A stretch of DNA of 64,000 bases, taken from positions 1,696,001-1,760,000 of the forward strand of contig OZ241867.1 of the NCBI GenBank assembly GCA_965203175.1, in the 5' to 3' direction. Positions 26,722-36,259 of this stretch are shown piece after piece (the first letter of the stretch is position 1; every line of letters starts with the position of its first letter). The notes below the pieces were generated by a model. The model searched no databases. It was not told the origin of the DNA and was given only the letters and a program-made list of their open reading frames with translations. Both the position numbers and the translations under genes were made by a program. This DNA is from Candidatus Latescibacterota bacterium. Lineage in GTDB: Bacteria > Latescibacterota > UBA2968 > UBA8231.

Positions 26722-28917
26722 ATGAAAAAGTTTCCGTTGTTCAGCCTCTCCTTGTTGGTCGGCGTCCTGTTCGCACAGGGGAGCCGCGCCGAGGACTACA
26801 CCCGCTTCAGTTTGCCCGAGGGTGCGCTCGCCCGTCTGGGCAAAGGCCGCATTGGTTCGGGCGACCGCGCAGTGGCCTATTCACCGGACAGCACGCGGAT
26901 AGCGGTGGCTAGCGATATCGGTATCTGGCTGTACGATGCCGCCACCGGGGCTGAAGTCGCCCTGCTCACGGGCCATACGTCTTGGGTCAGGTCGGTGTCG
27001 TTTTCGCTGGATGGGCAAACTCTAGCTAGTGCCAGTGACGACAAGACGGTGCGGTTGTGGGATGTGGCCAGCGAGCAGGAGCTAGCTATCCTCCGAGGCC
27101 ATACGGATGAGGTCTCAGCGGTGTCGTATTCGCCGGATGGAAGCACCCTAGCCAGTGCCAGTTCGGACGGCATGATCCACTTGTGGGATGTGGCCGGCGG
27201 TCAGGAGCTAGCCATCCTCCAAGGCCATACGGGTTGGGTCACTTCAGTGTCGTATTCGCCGGATGGTCTGACCTTGGCCAGTGCCAGTTCGGATGGCACG
27301 GTGCGGTTGTGGGACGTGGCCGGCGAGCAGGAGCTAGCCATCCTCCAAGGTCATACAGACGGGGTGTTAGCGGTGTCGTATTCGCCGGATGGTCTGACCT
27401 TGGCCAGTGCCAGTTGGGACCAGACGGTGCGGTTGTGGGACGTGGCCAGCGAGCAGGAGTTAGCCGTCCTCCAAGGCCATACGGATAGGGTCACTTCAGT
27501 GTCGTATTCGCCGGATGGTCTGACCCTGGCCAGTGCCAGTTCGGATGGCACGGTGCGATTGTGGGATGTGGCCGGCGACCAGGAGCTAGCCATCCTCCAA
27601 GGTCATACAGACGGGGTGTTAGCGGTGTCGTATTCGCCAGATGGAAGCACCCTAGTCAGTGCCGGTTTAGACGATACAGTGCGGTTGTGGGACGTGGCCA
27701 GCGAGCAGGAGTTAGCCGTCCTGCAAAGCCATACAGACGGGGTGTTAGCGGTGTCGTATTCGCCGGATGGTCAGACCTTGGCCAGTGGCAATTTGGATCA
27801 GATGGTGCGGTTGTGGGACGCGTCCAGCGGTCAGGAGAAAGCCGTCTTCCAAGGCCATACGCATGCGGTCACGTCGGTGTCATATTCGCCAGATGGTCTG
27901 ACCTTGGCCAGTGCCGGTTGGGACGATACGGTGCGGTTGTGGGACGTGGCCAGCGAGCAGGAGCTAGCCGTCCTGCAAGGCCATACGGACAGGGTGTTAG
28001 CGGTGTCGTATTCGCCGGATGGTCAGACTTTGGCCAGTGGCAGTTTGGATAAGACGGTGCGGTTGTGGGACGCGTCCAGCGAGCAGGAGTTAGCCGTCCT
28101 GCAAGGCCATACGCATGGGGTCACTTCGGTGTCGTATTCGCCGGATGGTCAGACTTTGGCCAGTGGCAGTTTGGATAAGACGGTGCGGTTGTGGGACGTG
28201 GCCAGCGAGCAGGAGTTAGCCGTCCTGCAAGGCCATACGGATAGGGTTCGGTCCGTGTCGTATTCGCCGGATGGTCAGACTTTGGCCAGTGCTAGTTTGG
28301 ATAAGACGGTGCGGTTGTGGGACGTGAGCGGTCAGGAGTTAGCCGTCCTGCAAGGCCATACGGATAGGGTCACTTCGGTGTCGTATTCGCCAGATGGAAG
28401 CACCCTGGCCAGCGGTGAAGGTGCTTTTGGCGACTATACGATCCGGTTGTGGGACGCGTTCAGCGGTCGGGAGTTAGCCGTCCTGCAAGGCCATACGGAT
28501 GGGCTCACTTCGGTGTCGTTTTCGCCGGATGGTCAGACCCTAGCGAGTGCCAGTTGGGACGAGACGATTCTGTTGTGGGATATGTCGCCGTACATCACCC
28601 CCCCGACGGCCATTGACGCGGCTTCGCTCTCGCTGCCGACGCAAACGGCGCTGCTGGCCAACTATCCCAACCCTTTCAACAGCCGCACCCAACTCGCCTA
28701 TCGCTTAGCCGCACCCGGCTTAGTGCGGCTGGAGCTCTACAATGCCTTGGGGCAACCCGTGCGCACGCTGGTGGATCAGTTCCAAGCCGCTGGTGCGTAT
28801 CAGGTTCCCTGGGACGCCCGCGACGGTCAGGGGGCGACAGTGGCCACGGGTGTGTATGTGACGCGGCTTTATTATCCGGGCGGGATGCAGACGCGACGGT
28901 TGCTCCACCTCAAGTAG
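26722..28917 (+). CDS. secreted WD40-repeat protein with a C-terminal FlgD-Ig/T9SS-type domain
   Basis: Signal peptide, 13 GH...WD repeats plus one degenerate N-terminal repeat, NYPNPFN sorting-type C-terminus. Confidence 0.93.
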   Translation: MKKFPLFSLSLLVGVLFAQGSRAEDYTRFSLPEGALARLGKGRIGSGDRAVAYSPDSTRIAVASDIGIWLYDAATGAEVALLTGHTSWVRSVSFSLDGQTLASASDDKTVRLWDVASEQELAILRGHTDEVSAVSYSPDGSTLASASSDGMIHLWDVAGGQELAILQGHTGWVTSVSYSPDGLTLASASSDGTVRLWDVAGEQELAILQGHTDGVLAVSYSPDGLTLASASWDQTVRLWDVASEQELAVLQGHTDRVTSVSYSPDGLTLASASSDGTVRLWDVAGDQELAILQGHTDGVLAVSYSPDGSTLVSAGLDDTVRLWDVASEQELAVLQSHTDGVLAVSYSPDGQTLASGNLDQMVRLWDASSGQEKAVFQGHTHAVTSVSYSPDGLTLASAGWDDTVRLWDVASEQELAVLQGHTDRVLAVSYSPDGQTLASGSLDKTVRLWDASSEQELAVLQGHTHGVTSVSYSPDGQTLASGSLDKTVRLWDVASEQELAVLQGHTDRVRSVSYSPDGQTLASASLDKTVRLWDVSGQELAVLQGHTDRVTSVSYSPDGSTLASGEGAFGDYTIRLWDAFSGRELAVLQGHTDGLTSVSFSPDGQTLASASWDETILLWDMSPYITPPTAIDAASLSLPTQTALLANYPNPFNSRTQLAYRLAAPGLVRLELYNALGQPVRTLVDQFQAAGAYQVPWDARDGQGATVATGVYVTRLYYPGGMQTRRLLHLK
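26971..28581 (+). repeat. intragenic tandem repeat, about 126 bp x 13 (WD40 units)
   Basis: Near-identical units GGCCATACG...GTGTCGTATTCGCCGGATGG...GTGCGGTTGTGGGA...CAGGAG(C/T)TAGCC. Confidence 0.93.
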
Positions 28918-29065
28918 CTCGGAGCGCCGTGGATTGGACTTTCAGGAGGATCCCGCGTCGAACGAGTCGAATAAGAAGGGACACTTTTCCCGCGCTTAGG
29001 TGTTATATATGGCACGAGGTCACTCGTGGATGTCGCCGGTGCGAGGACAATGGATGGAATCACTT

Positions 29066-30496
29066 ATGCAGAGAAGCAGCAGACCGGTCATCGGTCTCAG
29101 CGTTGTCCTGCTGCTCTTGTTGAGCGGTTGCGGGGCCGCTTATTCTGGCTATGTGTCCCGTTCGCTCAACCAGCTAGAAAAGGGCAATTACGAAGCGGCC
29201 CTCGGCAAGCTGGAAAAGCCCACCGGCAAGACCAATAAGCTGCTCTACCATTTGGAAAAGGGGCTGATTTTGCACTATCAAGGCCAATACGAGGCGTCCA
29301 ACGTAGAGTTTGAACGGGCTGAGCGGTTAAGCGACCAGCTCTACACCCGCTCGGTCTCGCGCGAAATCGCGGCCTTGCTGTCCAATGATTCGATTGTCGC
29401 CTACCGAGGCGAGGAGTTCGAGCTAGCCCTAATCCACTACTACCGCGCCATGAACTACGCCCGACTGGGCGACCGACAGGCGGCACTGGTCGAGTGCCGC
29501 AAGGCCAATCTGAAGCTCGAAAACTACGCGCAACAAGCCGAGTACGAGCTCAGCTATAAAAACGACGCCTTTTTGCAGTACATGACTGGTCTCTTTTTTG
29601 AAGCCGAAGGCGAGTGGAACGACGCGTACATTTCCTACAAAGATGCCTTAAAGGGCTATCGCGCGTACGAAGCAGCCTTTGATCTGCAAGCGCCGCGGAT
29701 GCTGATAATTGACCTAGCGCGGCTGGCCCAGCGGCTGGGATACGAAGACGAGGTTGCGGAATACACCGAGCGCTACCAGCTTGAGCCAGCTGGACTGCAA
29801 CCGGCCTCTGGTGGCGAGTTGGTGGTTTTCGTCGAGAGCGGCTTTGTGCCCCGCAAGCATCAAGTCGAGTTCAGCGTGCCGATTCTGAAAGACGAAGGAA
29901 AGTGGGAGGTGTGGACGGTGTCGGAGCGAGCCGTCCATCGCTATCACCATCCGCACGTCTATAAGCGCGGGCGCGTGGATTACTGGCTTAGGGTGGCATT
30001 GCCCGAATACCGGGAGGTGCCCTCGCAGGTGGCTGGGGTGCGGTTGCTCGCTGGCGACCAGAGTGCGCTGGCGGCCACTGCCGAGGACTTGGACGCAATT
30101 GCCCAACGGACCTTTGCGCAGAAATTCGATACCATCCTGCTGCGCGCCGTTGCCCGCAACTTGGCCAAGTACCTAGCGTCCAAGAGCATTGAAAAAGCCT
30201 TTGAGGACGATGACGATGACGACGACGAGAATGACTGGGCCAAGGAGGGTTTGGGCAAAGCGCTAGGAGGTTTGGTCAACCTCTTCGGCGTGGCGACCGA
30301 GGCCGCAGACACGCGCGGCTGGCTGGCGCTACCACACGCCATTCACATCGCCCGGTTGGCGGTGGCCCCAGGCACGGCCGCGCCGACCCTAGAATTGCTC
30401 GACGACCGAGGACGGGTCCTAGCCGTAGAGACGCTGCCCGAGGTGGCGGTGGCGGATGGAGAAAAGGTCTTCCTAAACTTTCGCACTTTTCGCTGA
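29066..30496 (+). CDS. TPR-like lipoprotein (COG3014-like)
   Basis: Lipobox LSGC, Y.GE.FE, EAADTRGW.ALP; upstream of LpoB as expected for this family. Confidence 0.8.
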   Translation: MQRSSRPVIGLSVVLLLLLSGCGAAYSGYVSRSLNQLEKGNYEAALGKLEKPTGKTNKLLYHLEKGLILHYQGQYEASNVEFERAERLSDQLYTRSVSREIAALLSNDSIVAYRGEEFELALIHYYRAMNYARLGDRQAALVECRKANLKLENYAQQAEYELSYKNDAFLQYMTGLFFEAEGEWNDAYISYKDALKGYRAYEAAFDLQAPRMLIIDLARLAQRLGYEDEVAEYTERYQLEPAGLQPASGGELVVFVESGFVPRKHQVEFSVPILKDEGKWEVWTVSERAVHRYHHPHVYKRGRVDYWLRVALPEYREVPSQVAGVRLLAGDQSALAATAEDLDAIAQRTFAQKFDTILLRAVARNLAKYLASKSIEKAFEDDDDDDDENDWAKEGLGKALGGLVNLFGVATEAADTRGWLALPHAIHIARLAVAPGTAAPTLELLDDRGRVLAVETLPEVAVADGEKVFLNFRTFR

Positions 30497-30509
30497 GGAG
30501 CAAACAATC

Positions 30510-31349
30510 ATGTACGTCAAACTATGGATAGCCGCGCTGGCGTTGGCGCTGCCGGCCGCGGCGCAGCAGAGCACGCCGGCTACCGATCAGGTCACGGACC
30601 CGCTGGAGGAAGGGGCAATCATCAATATCGTCGATTGGGACGGCGGCCAGCTACCCAAGCGCTACTACGAGCGCTCAGACCAACTACCGATGAGCCTCGA
30701 CGACGTGCGCAAGCTGAGCGCGAACAAGTTCAATACCGATGCGATCGTCAAAATGCTCGAGGAGCGGCGCTGCGTCTGCGACGCCTCGGTAGATGCCCTG
30801 GTGGAATTGAAGCAAGCCGGCGTTGCCGAGCAGGTGATCCAGGCGGTATCGCTCCACGCGCTGCCGCCCAACCGCTCGTTCGGACTGACGATCGCCCTCG
30901 ACTTCGAGGGATTGGGGGGCAAGGCCACCGTATCGACGCAGGCGCGCAAGGGCTATCTCTACTTGATCGTGCCCGACGGCGACAAGGAGCGGGTCTTTAT
31001 CGGCAACTTGCAGGCGATCCTCGCCGGCCGCTGGCAGCGCGACTCGCTGATCGACAACACCGATCTGCTGCTGCCCAAAAAGGTGCGGCGCGTGACCTTT
31101 GCCTCCGAGGTCCCGCTCAAGACCTACGGCCGCAAAAAGGCCCTAGTTTTTACCTCGACCAAACCGGACATCTATACTTCAGCCGATATTCCCGAGGCGG
31201 ACCGGGCCGGGGTGCAGGAGTTCGTGTTCGAGTATCCAGCCACGTCGCTGGAGCGCCAATGCAACCTTCAGGTGCTCTACCGGCAGGACGCGATGCTGGC
31301 CAACCGCTGGCACTTAGTGCGCACCCATTTCCAGTGCGAATGGGATTGA
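30510..31349 (+). CDS. secreted hypothetical protein
   Basis: RBS GAGGAG, signal peptide, operonic spacing. Confidence 0.8.
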   Translation: MYVKLWIAALALALPAAAQQSTPATDQVTDPLEEGAIINIVDWDGGQLPKRYYERSDQLPMSLDDVRKLSANKFNTDAIVKMLEERRCVCDASVDALVELKQAGVAEQVIQAVSLHALPPNRSFGLTIALDFEGLGGKATVSTQARKGYLYLIVPDGDKERVFIGNLQAILAGRWQRDSLIDNTDLLLPKKVRRVTFASEVPLKTYGRKKALVFTSTKPDIYTSADIPEADRAGVQEFVFEYPATSLERQCNLQVLYRQDAMLANRWHLVRTHFQCEWD

Positions 31350-31363
31350 AAGGAGCTTATGCA

Positions 31364-31960
31364 ATGAGACGCTACGTTTTCGCGGCAATCGCCTTGGCTG
31401 TGGGGCTCGCGGCCTGTGGCGGCCCGAGGGCCTTTACCAAGGGCGAATACGGAGATCCAGAAGAGATCTCCATGCTCGACGACAAGTGGAACCAGAACGA
31501 CATGCAGCTAGTCGCCAAGAAGATGATTGGATCGATGGAGGTCTGGTCAGATGCCCGGGCCATGGCTGAAAAGCCGGTTGTCATCTTGGAGATGCCGCGC
31601 AACAAGACCACCGAGCACATCGACATGCAGGCGCTGTACGACCACGTCAAGACCGCGCTCATCCAGAGTGGGCAGTTCACGTTCCTCGACAAGGCCGCGC
31701 GGCTAGAGATCGCCCAAGAGTACGAGTATCAAGACTCGGGCTACGTGCGTCCGGACGAGGCCCAAGGGCCGGGCAACCAGCGCGGCGCGCGCTTCTTGCT
31801 CGGCGGGGTCATCACCTCGACTATACAGCAGGTGGGTAAAGACAAGGTCATCTACTACAAGGCGACCTTCGAGCTGACCGACATCGCAACCACTGAGATC
31901 GTCTGGACCGACCACAAGGAAATCACCAAGCACTTCCAGAAGAGGAGCATCGGCTTCTAG
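31364..31960 (+). CDS. lpoB: penicillin-binding protein activator LpoB-family lipoprotein
   Basis: Lipobox LAAC, DMQ.VA.KM, N.T.EHID, SGQF.F.D, EIVW. The ORF track start (30524) is an over-extension. Confidence 0.82.
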   Translation: MRRYVFAAIALAVGLAACGGPRAFTKGEYGDPEEISMLDDKWNQNDMQLVAKKMIGSMEVWSDARAMAEKPVVILEMPRNKTTEHIDMQALYDHVKTALIQSGQFTFLDKAARLEIAQEYEYQDSGYVRPDEAQGPGNQRGARFLLGGVITSTIQQVGKDKVIYYKATFELTDIATTEIVWTDHKEITKHFQKRSIGF

Positions 31961-31977
31961 AGAAAGGAGCACGGAGC

Positions 31978-32514
31978 ATGAGACGCATTGCACTGATCGC
32001 CTTGCTGGTGCTGGCCGTTGGGGCGCAGGCTGCGACGCCGGGACGCACCGACGGCCCTGAGGGCAGCGAGTACGGCAAGGGCGGCTACCACTACAAAGCC
32101 CAGTACGGCCGCTTCTACACCGAGGGTTTTTTGGGGGCGGCGATGATGGAGAGCGAAGACTCGGACACCGAGACCAACCTCATTACGGGGCTTAATGCAG
32201 GCTACATGGTCGAGGAATGGCTGGCCTTCCAGCTAGGATTCGCCCGCATCTTGGAGCAAAACATCAACCTCTATGCCGGCGGGGTGCGCTCGGCCTACGT
32301 TACTCGGCCGTTCAACTACTACTTTTCGCTCGACGCCGAGCTGTACTCGCCTGAGATCGGCGACACGCGCTTCGGAATCGTCCCGGGAGTCGGGGCCGAG
32401 GTGACTCTCAGCGACCGCCTGCGGGCGGGCTTGCGCTTCCAGCGCGACTTCATCTTTGCCGACGACATGATCCACATCAACCGCTTTACGGCGAAGATAC
32501 AGGTGGATTTTTAG
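31978..32514 (+). CDS. outer-membrane beta-barrel protein (OmpA-like barrel)
   Basis: Signal peptide, alternating beta-strands, C-terminal Phe. Confidence 0.75.
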   Translation: MRRIALIALLVLAVGAQAATPGRTDGPEGSEYGKGGYHYKAQYGRFYTEGFLGAAMMESEDSDTETNLITGLNAGYMVEEWLAFQLGFARILEQNINLYAGGVRSAYVTRPFNYYFSLDAELYSPEIGDTRFGIVPGVGAEVTLSDRLRAGLRFQRDFIFADDMIHINRFTAKIQVDF

Positions 32515-32533
32515 GGAGTTTCGCGTTGGTGAA

Positions 32534-32571
32534 CAAAAGGGCTGGCTTCCGCTGTGAAGCCAGCCCTTTTG
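32534..32571. terminator. bidirectional intrinsic terminator
   Basis: CAAAAGGGCTGGCTTC-loop-GAAGCCAGCCCTTTTG between convergent genes. Confidence 0.85.
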
Positions 32572-32580
32572 CATCGTATA

Positions 32581-33483
32581 TCACGCCAGATGCTCGGTCC
32601 GCAGTTGCCGCGACCAGTCGAAGTACTCGTCCAGCCGCACTAGCTCGAATTCATCGACAATGTTGGCTGCGGTGCGCTCCGCGGTCTCGCTGTAGATCAC
32701 CGAAGTGCCCACCTGCCCGGTCGTGACAATGCGCACGGCCTCGCCGTACTGCCGGTGAATGTCGTCGTACCTGGCCTGGTTCTTGTCGAGATGCACCACT
32801 TCGTAGTCGAGGTTGATACGCGCCGTGGCCCAACTCTGGTAGTTGTTGCTTTGGGCTAGCGTGGTGCCCTGCGGGTCGATAATGGTACAGGGCGTCCCCT
32901 TGTACACCGAGCCGATGAAAAACGCCTGCACATCCAAAGCCCAAAAGTTCTGTACTAGCCCCCCGTGGTACATGGAGCTGAAGAGCAACAATTTCGGCTT
33001 GAGCTTTTTGTATTGGGCACGCAATTCCCCAAAGTTCAGATCAAAGCAAATCACCCCACCCACCGGCCCGAATTCGGTCTGGATCAGGGACGCGCCTGGC
33101 CCCGGACGAGTGCCGTGGTCAAATTCTGGGTACACTGGAATGTATTTGCGGTAGATACCGGCTAATTCCCCCTGCCGGTCGAGCAGTCCGAGGACATTGA
33201 AAACCGCCCCGCTCTTGCGCTCCTTCTGATGCACCGGCACGGTGATATAGCAGCTATATTCCCGGGCTAAGTCAGCCAATAGCCGAGTCGTCGGCCCCTC
33301 TGGCACTTCCTCGTCGCAGTTTCGGCAGATGGTCTCGGGCAGGACGATTAGATCGGCCCTAGTGGCTCGGGCGACTCGGCCCACCAAGTCCTCTAAGTCC
33401 TTATGAGTTCGCTCCATCACCTCTTGGTCCGTACCGCTGATCGGGGCGTAGGAAACGCTCGATACGACGATGTGATTGCTCAT
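32581..33483 (-). CDS. carbon-nitrogen hydrolase (nitrilase superfamily)
   Basis: E-K-C triad: LPE, YRK, ICFD. Confidence 0.88.
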   Translation of the reverse strand: MSNHIVVSSVSYAPISGTDQEVMERTHKDLEDLVGRVARATRADLIVLPETICRNCDEEVPEGPTTRLLADLAREYSCYITVPVHQKERKSGAVFNVLGLLDRQGELAGIYRKYIPVYPEFDHGTRPGPGASLIQTEFGPVGGVICFDLNFGELRAQYKKLKPKLLLFSSMYHGGLVQNFWALDVQAFFIGSVYKGTPCTIIDPQGTTLAQSNNYQSWATARINLDYEVVHLDKNQARYDDIHRQYGEAVRIVTTGQVGTSVIYSETAERTAANIVDEFELVRLDEYFDWSRQLRTEHLA

Positions 33484-33600
33484 GGGATTTTTCCTTTTGA
33501 AAAGTGAAACCACGGTCCACTCGACGTACTATTGTTATCTACGATTACTATGTTTATGCTGTAAAAGCAAGACCTTGTCCGCACTCGCCTCCCGACACCT

Positions 33601-34278
33601 GTGAGCACTTCTCCAACTCCTTTGCGCGCCGTCGTCTTTGACATGGACGGCCTCATGCTCGACACCGAGCCTTTGTATCAGGCTGCTTGGCAACGCGCCG
33701 CCGAGGCATTGGGCTACGTACTGGACGACGAGTTCTATCTGACCTTGATTGGCACTCCCACCAAGGACGCCCTAAGAAAGGTAGGCACCTACTTTGGCCC
33801 CACCTTTCCCTTGCAGCGCTTTACCAAGTTGGGTGCAGACCAGTGGTACCAGCAAGTGGAAGAACACGGCATTGATACCAAGCCTGGCCTGCTACCTCTG
33901 CTCGACCAACTTGAGGCGGCGGCCGTCCCCAGAGCAGTGGCTACTTCTTCCAGCGCCAAGCAGGCCGCGGAGACCTTGGCGGCGAGTGGTTTGGCGGATC
34001 GCTTTGCCCACATCGTCACGAGTGACCAAGTAGCTTGCGGCAAACCATCCCCCGACCTCTACTTGGAGGCGGCCCGTCGCTTGGGATTGCCCCCGACTAC
34101 TTGCATCGCCCTAGAGGATTCAGAAGCCGGAGTCCAATCGGCCTCCACTGCGGGAATGACCGTGCTCATGGTACCCGACCTCAAGAAACCTTCGCCCCAA
34201 GCCGAGTCCCAAGCGTATAGAATCCTACCCTCGCTGCATCAGGCCACTCCTTTGATTGCCGACCTGTTGGCGTGCTAA
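33601..34278 (+). CDS. HAD-family phosphatase (beta-PGM-like)
   Basis: FDMDGLMLDTE, ATSS, KPSPD, EDS..G. Confidence 0.9.
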   Translation: MSTSPTPLRAVVFDMDGLMLDTEPLYQAAWQRAAEALGYVLDDEFYLTLIGTPTKDALRKVGTYFGPTFPLQRFTKLGADQWYQQVEEHGIDTKPGLLPLLDQLEAAAVPRAVATSSSAKQAAETLAASGLADRFAHIVTSDQVACGKPSPDLYLEAARRLGLPPTTCIALEDSEAGVQSASTAGMTVLMVPDLKKPSPQAESQAYRILPSLHQATPLIADLLAC

Positions 34279-34299
34279 GCGGAGGTGGCGTCGCAGGGT

Positions 34300-34509
34300 T
34301 TAGGCTTGAGTCGCCTTGTCTTGGTACCACACAGACACGACGGTCCTTGATGGCTCCATGCTGCCGCCGCACGACGACTGCTCGATGTTCGCGATCCGAA
34401 TATTGGGATTTGCACGAAGCCACGAATTGATCTCCTGCTCAAGATTAGAGGTGGCCTTGGCGATCGCACTAAAGTAGCCCTCTCGCATTACAAATATCTT
34501 CACTAACAC
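34300..34509 (-). CDS. small hypothetical protein (69 aa)
   Basis: Strong RBS AAAGGAGG, LEQEIN.WL..NP.I pattern; last gene of the - strand array. Confidence 0.65.
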   Translation of the reverse strand: MLVKIFVMREGYFSAIAKATSNLEQEINSWLRANPNIRIANIEQSSCGGSMEPSRTVVSVWYQDKATQA

Positions 34510-34529
34510 GTCTCGCTCCTCCTTTGGAT

Positions 34530-35354
34530 TTATTTCGACCTATTCTCTTCGAGCCAACCGACTGTAAAGTCCACGACGTCTCGCTGCGGCATGAGCTGGC
34601 AATCTGCAAGACCAACCCGGCCACGGCGGACGACATGGCCCGCATCTGATCGCAGAAAGTCCTCGCCAATGCGATCAAAATCTGAACTATCGATGTCAAC
34701 ATCTTCAAAGGTGGCCCATCTCCGCGAATCCGACGTAGAGATTGGCGCACCCTGCTGGATGACGCGCTTGGTTGGAAAAGTCGCCCGATGTTCCGCAAGG
34801 TGCATGGACGTATTATTTCCGTGATCCACACCGAGAAGAAGGATGGAACCGTGCAGGTCGTAGATTCTCGCAAGCGGCGAATGCTCGCCCAAACCAAAGG
34901 CCAATGCGTGATTATCGGTGATGCGCGACGCTTGGGGTCCACATGCACAAAACGAGACCTGCGGATGTGCGCTGCGGAGGATGCCTCGTTGCTTGCGAAA
35001 TGTCTCCGCGATAATGCCCATGGAACGAGTGGGGGTAAGCTCTGGATCGTAGGCCGGCATGTTATCGCGTATTACCGGCCACCACGACTCGGGGACGGGC
35101 GGACTTTCCCAGCCGCTCGGTTCAGTCAGGTCCGGCGAGTGGGCGGGCATCACAAGCGTTCCAGTGGAACCCAACGCTTTCTGAAGGGCAACGATGACCG
35201 CCACAGCTCCTCCGCACACCCATCCCATCGCGCTTAAGGACGAATGCACCAATACGATCATCCCCGGTTTGACGCCGAGTGCGTGGAAGTCAGCCTGTAA
35301 AGATTCGACCGTAGCGGGGACTTCTGTTTTTTCAACGATCTCTTTTTCACTCAT
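34530..35354 (-). CDS. AAC(3)/YokD-family N-acetyltransferase
   Basis: LVHSSLS..GWVCGG, GTLVMP, G.I.E.FR, RS.HP..SF, LLLGV....NTS.HLAE. Confidence 0.92.
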   Translation of the reverse strand: MSEKEIVEKTEVPATVESLQADFHALGVKPGMIVLVHSSLSAMGWVCGGAVAVIVALQKALGSTGTLVMPAHSPDLTEPSGWESPPVPESWWPVIRDNMPAYDPELTPTRSMGIIAETFRKQRGILRSAHPQVSFCACGPQASRITDNHALAFGLGEHSPLARIYDLHGSILLLGVDHGNNTSMHLAEHRATFPTKRVIQQGAPISTSDSRRWATFEDVDIDSSDFDRIGEDFLRSDAGHVVRRGRVGLADCQLMPQRDVVDFTVGWLEENRSK

Positions 35355-35413
35355 TTCTTGCCTTTGTTTTGTATAAACTTTTCAAGAGGTGCGGAAACTT
35401 TGGCTTTGGCTTT

Positions 35414-36229
35414 TCACAATCCAAGACGTTTCGTCGATGGCTTACGAGCGATGACAATCATCTGACTACTGCCTCGATGGTACGGTTCGCAGTTCAATGA
35501 TCCATAGACGACCTCCACGCCGAGACCTGCCGAGGCAAGCAAGTTTCGCATTTGCGACAGAGTGTAGAGACGTTGAGATGATCGGCTTTCGTCCTCTGCA
35601 ATCCCGTCAATCACCCGTTGTCCAATGAGGCGCTCTTCACGAAGATCCCACTTTGATCTAAAAATCACACCGTGATTGACACTCACAGGACGAAAATTCC
35701 GCAGTATTCGCTCGCGATTTAGTAGGTCAATCAGAAGTCGTCCACCTGGACGCAATGCACGGGCGAACCGCCTCACCACGTCGGCATTCTCGCCGTCAGA
35801 AAAATAGCCAAAGCTGTTGAACCAGTTGTAAATCGCATGGAACTCGTTCTCAAACTCAATCGAACGCAGGTCCATGCTCCTGAGATCGGCTTGCACCCCG
35901 TCTCTACTAAATCTTCGTTTCGCCCGGTTTATGAACGTCGACTGCAGGTCGATGCCGACTACTTCCACCCCGTGCTTCGCCAGATGGTAAGCGACGCGCC
36001 CTGCGCCACAAGGAGCATCTAGGACGCGTTGTCCTTTTCTAATGCGCAACATCCGGCGAAGAGAATTTGCCTCGTCCTCGCCTCCTTCATCCGGACGAAG
36101 CCATAAGCTGCCATGAAGCGTTTTGAACCATTCGCGATCATCGTATTGAGCCTGTACATCCATGTCATCTTTTGGTTTCGTAACTCTACTTCCTTTAAAG
36201 TGATAATCACACCTGCTGACGATCTTCAC
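35414..36229 (-). CDS. class I SAM-dependent methyltransferase (start uncertain)
   Basis: VLDAPCGAGR, GIDL, SFGYF, LRPGGRLLID. Confidence 0.88.
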   Translation of the reverse strand: MKIVSRCDYHFKGSRVTKPKDDMDVQAQYDDREWFKTLHGSLWLRPDEGGEDEANSLRRMLRIRKGQRVLDAPCGAGRVAYHLAKHGVEVVGIDLQSTFINRAKRRFSRDGVQADLRSMDLRSIEFENEFHAIYNWFNSFGYFSDGENADVVRRFARALRPGGRLLIDLLNRERILRNFRPVSVNHGVIFRSKWDLREERLIGQRVIDGIAEDESRSSQRLYTLSQMRNLLASAGLGVEVVYGSLNCEPYHRGSSQMIVIARKPSTKRLGL

Positions 36230-36259
36230 TAGGCACCAATTTCTTCTACAGGAATTTAC

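Noticed and set aside
26971-28581. Regular repeats that could be mistaken for a CRISPR array
   Set aside because: The units are in-frame 126-bp WD40 coding repeats with no unique spacers, and no cas genes are present.
30204-30230. GAC/GAT poly-Asp tract as a possible phase-variable repeat
   Set aside because: Mixed-codon in-frame triplets encoding an acidic linker; slippage would not shift the frame.
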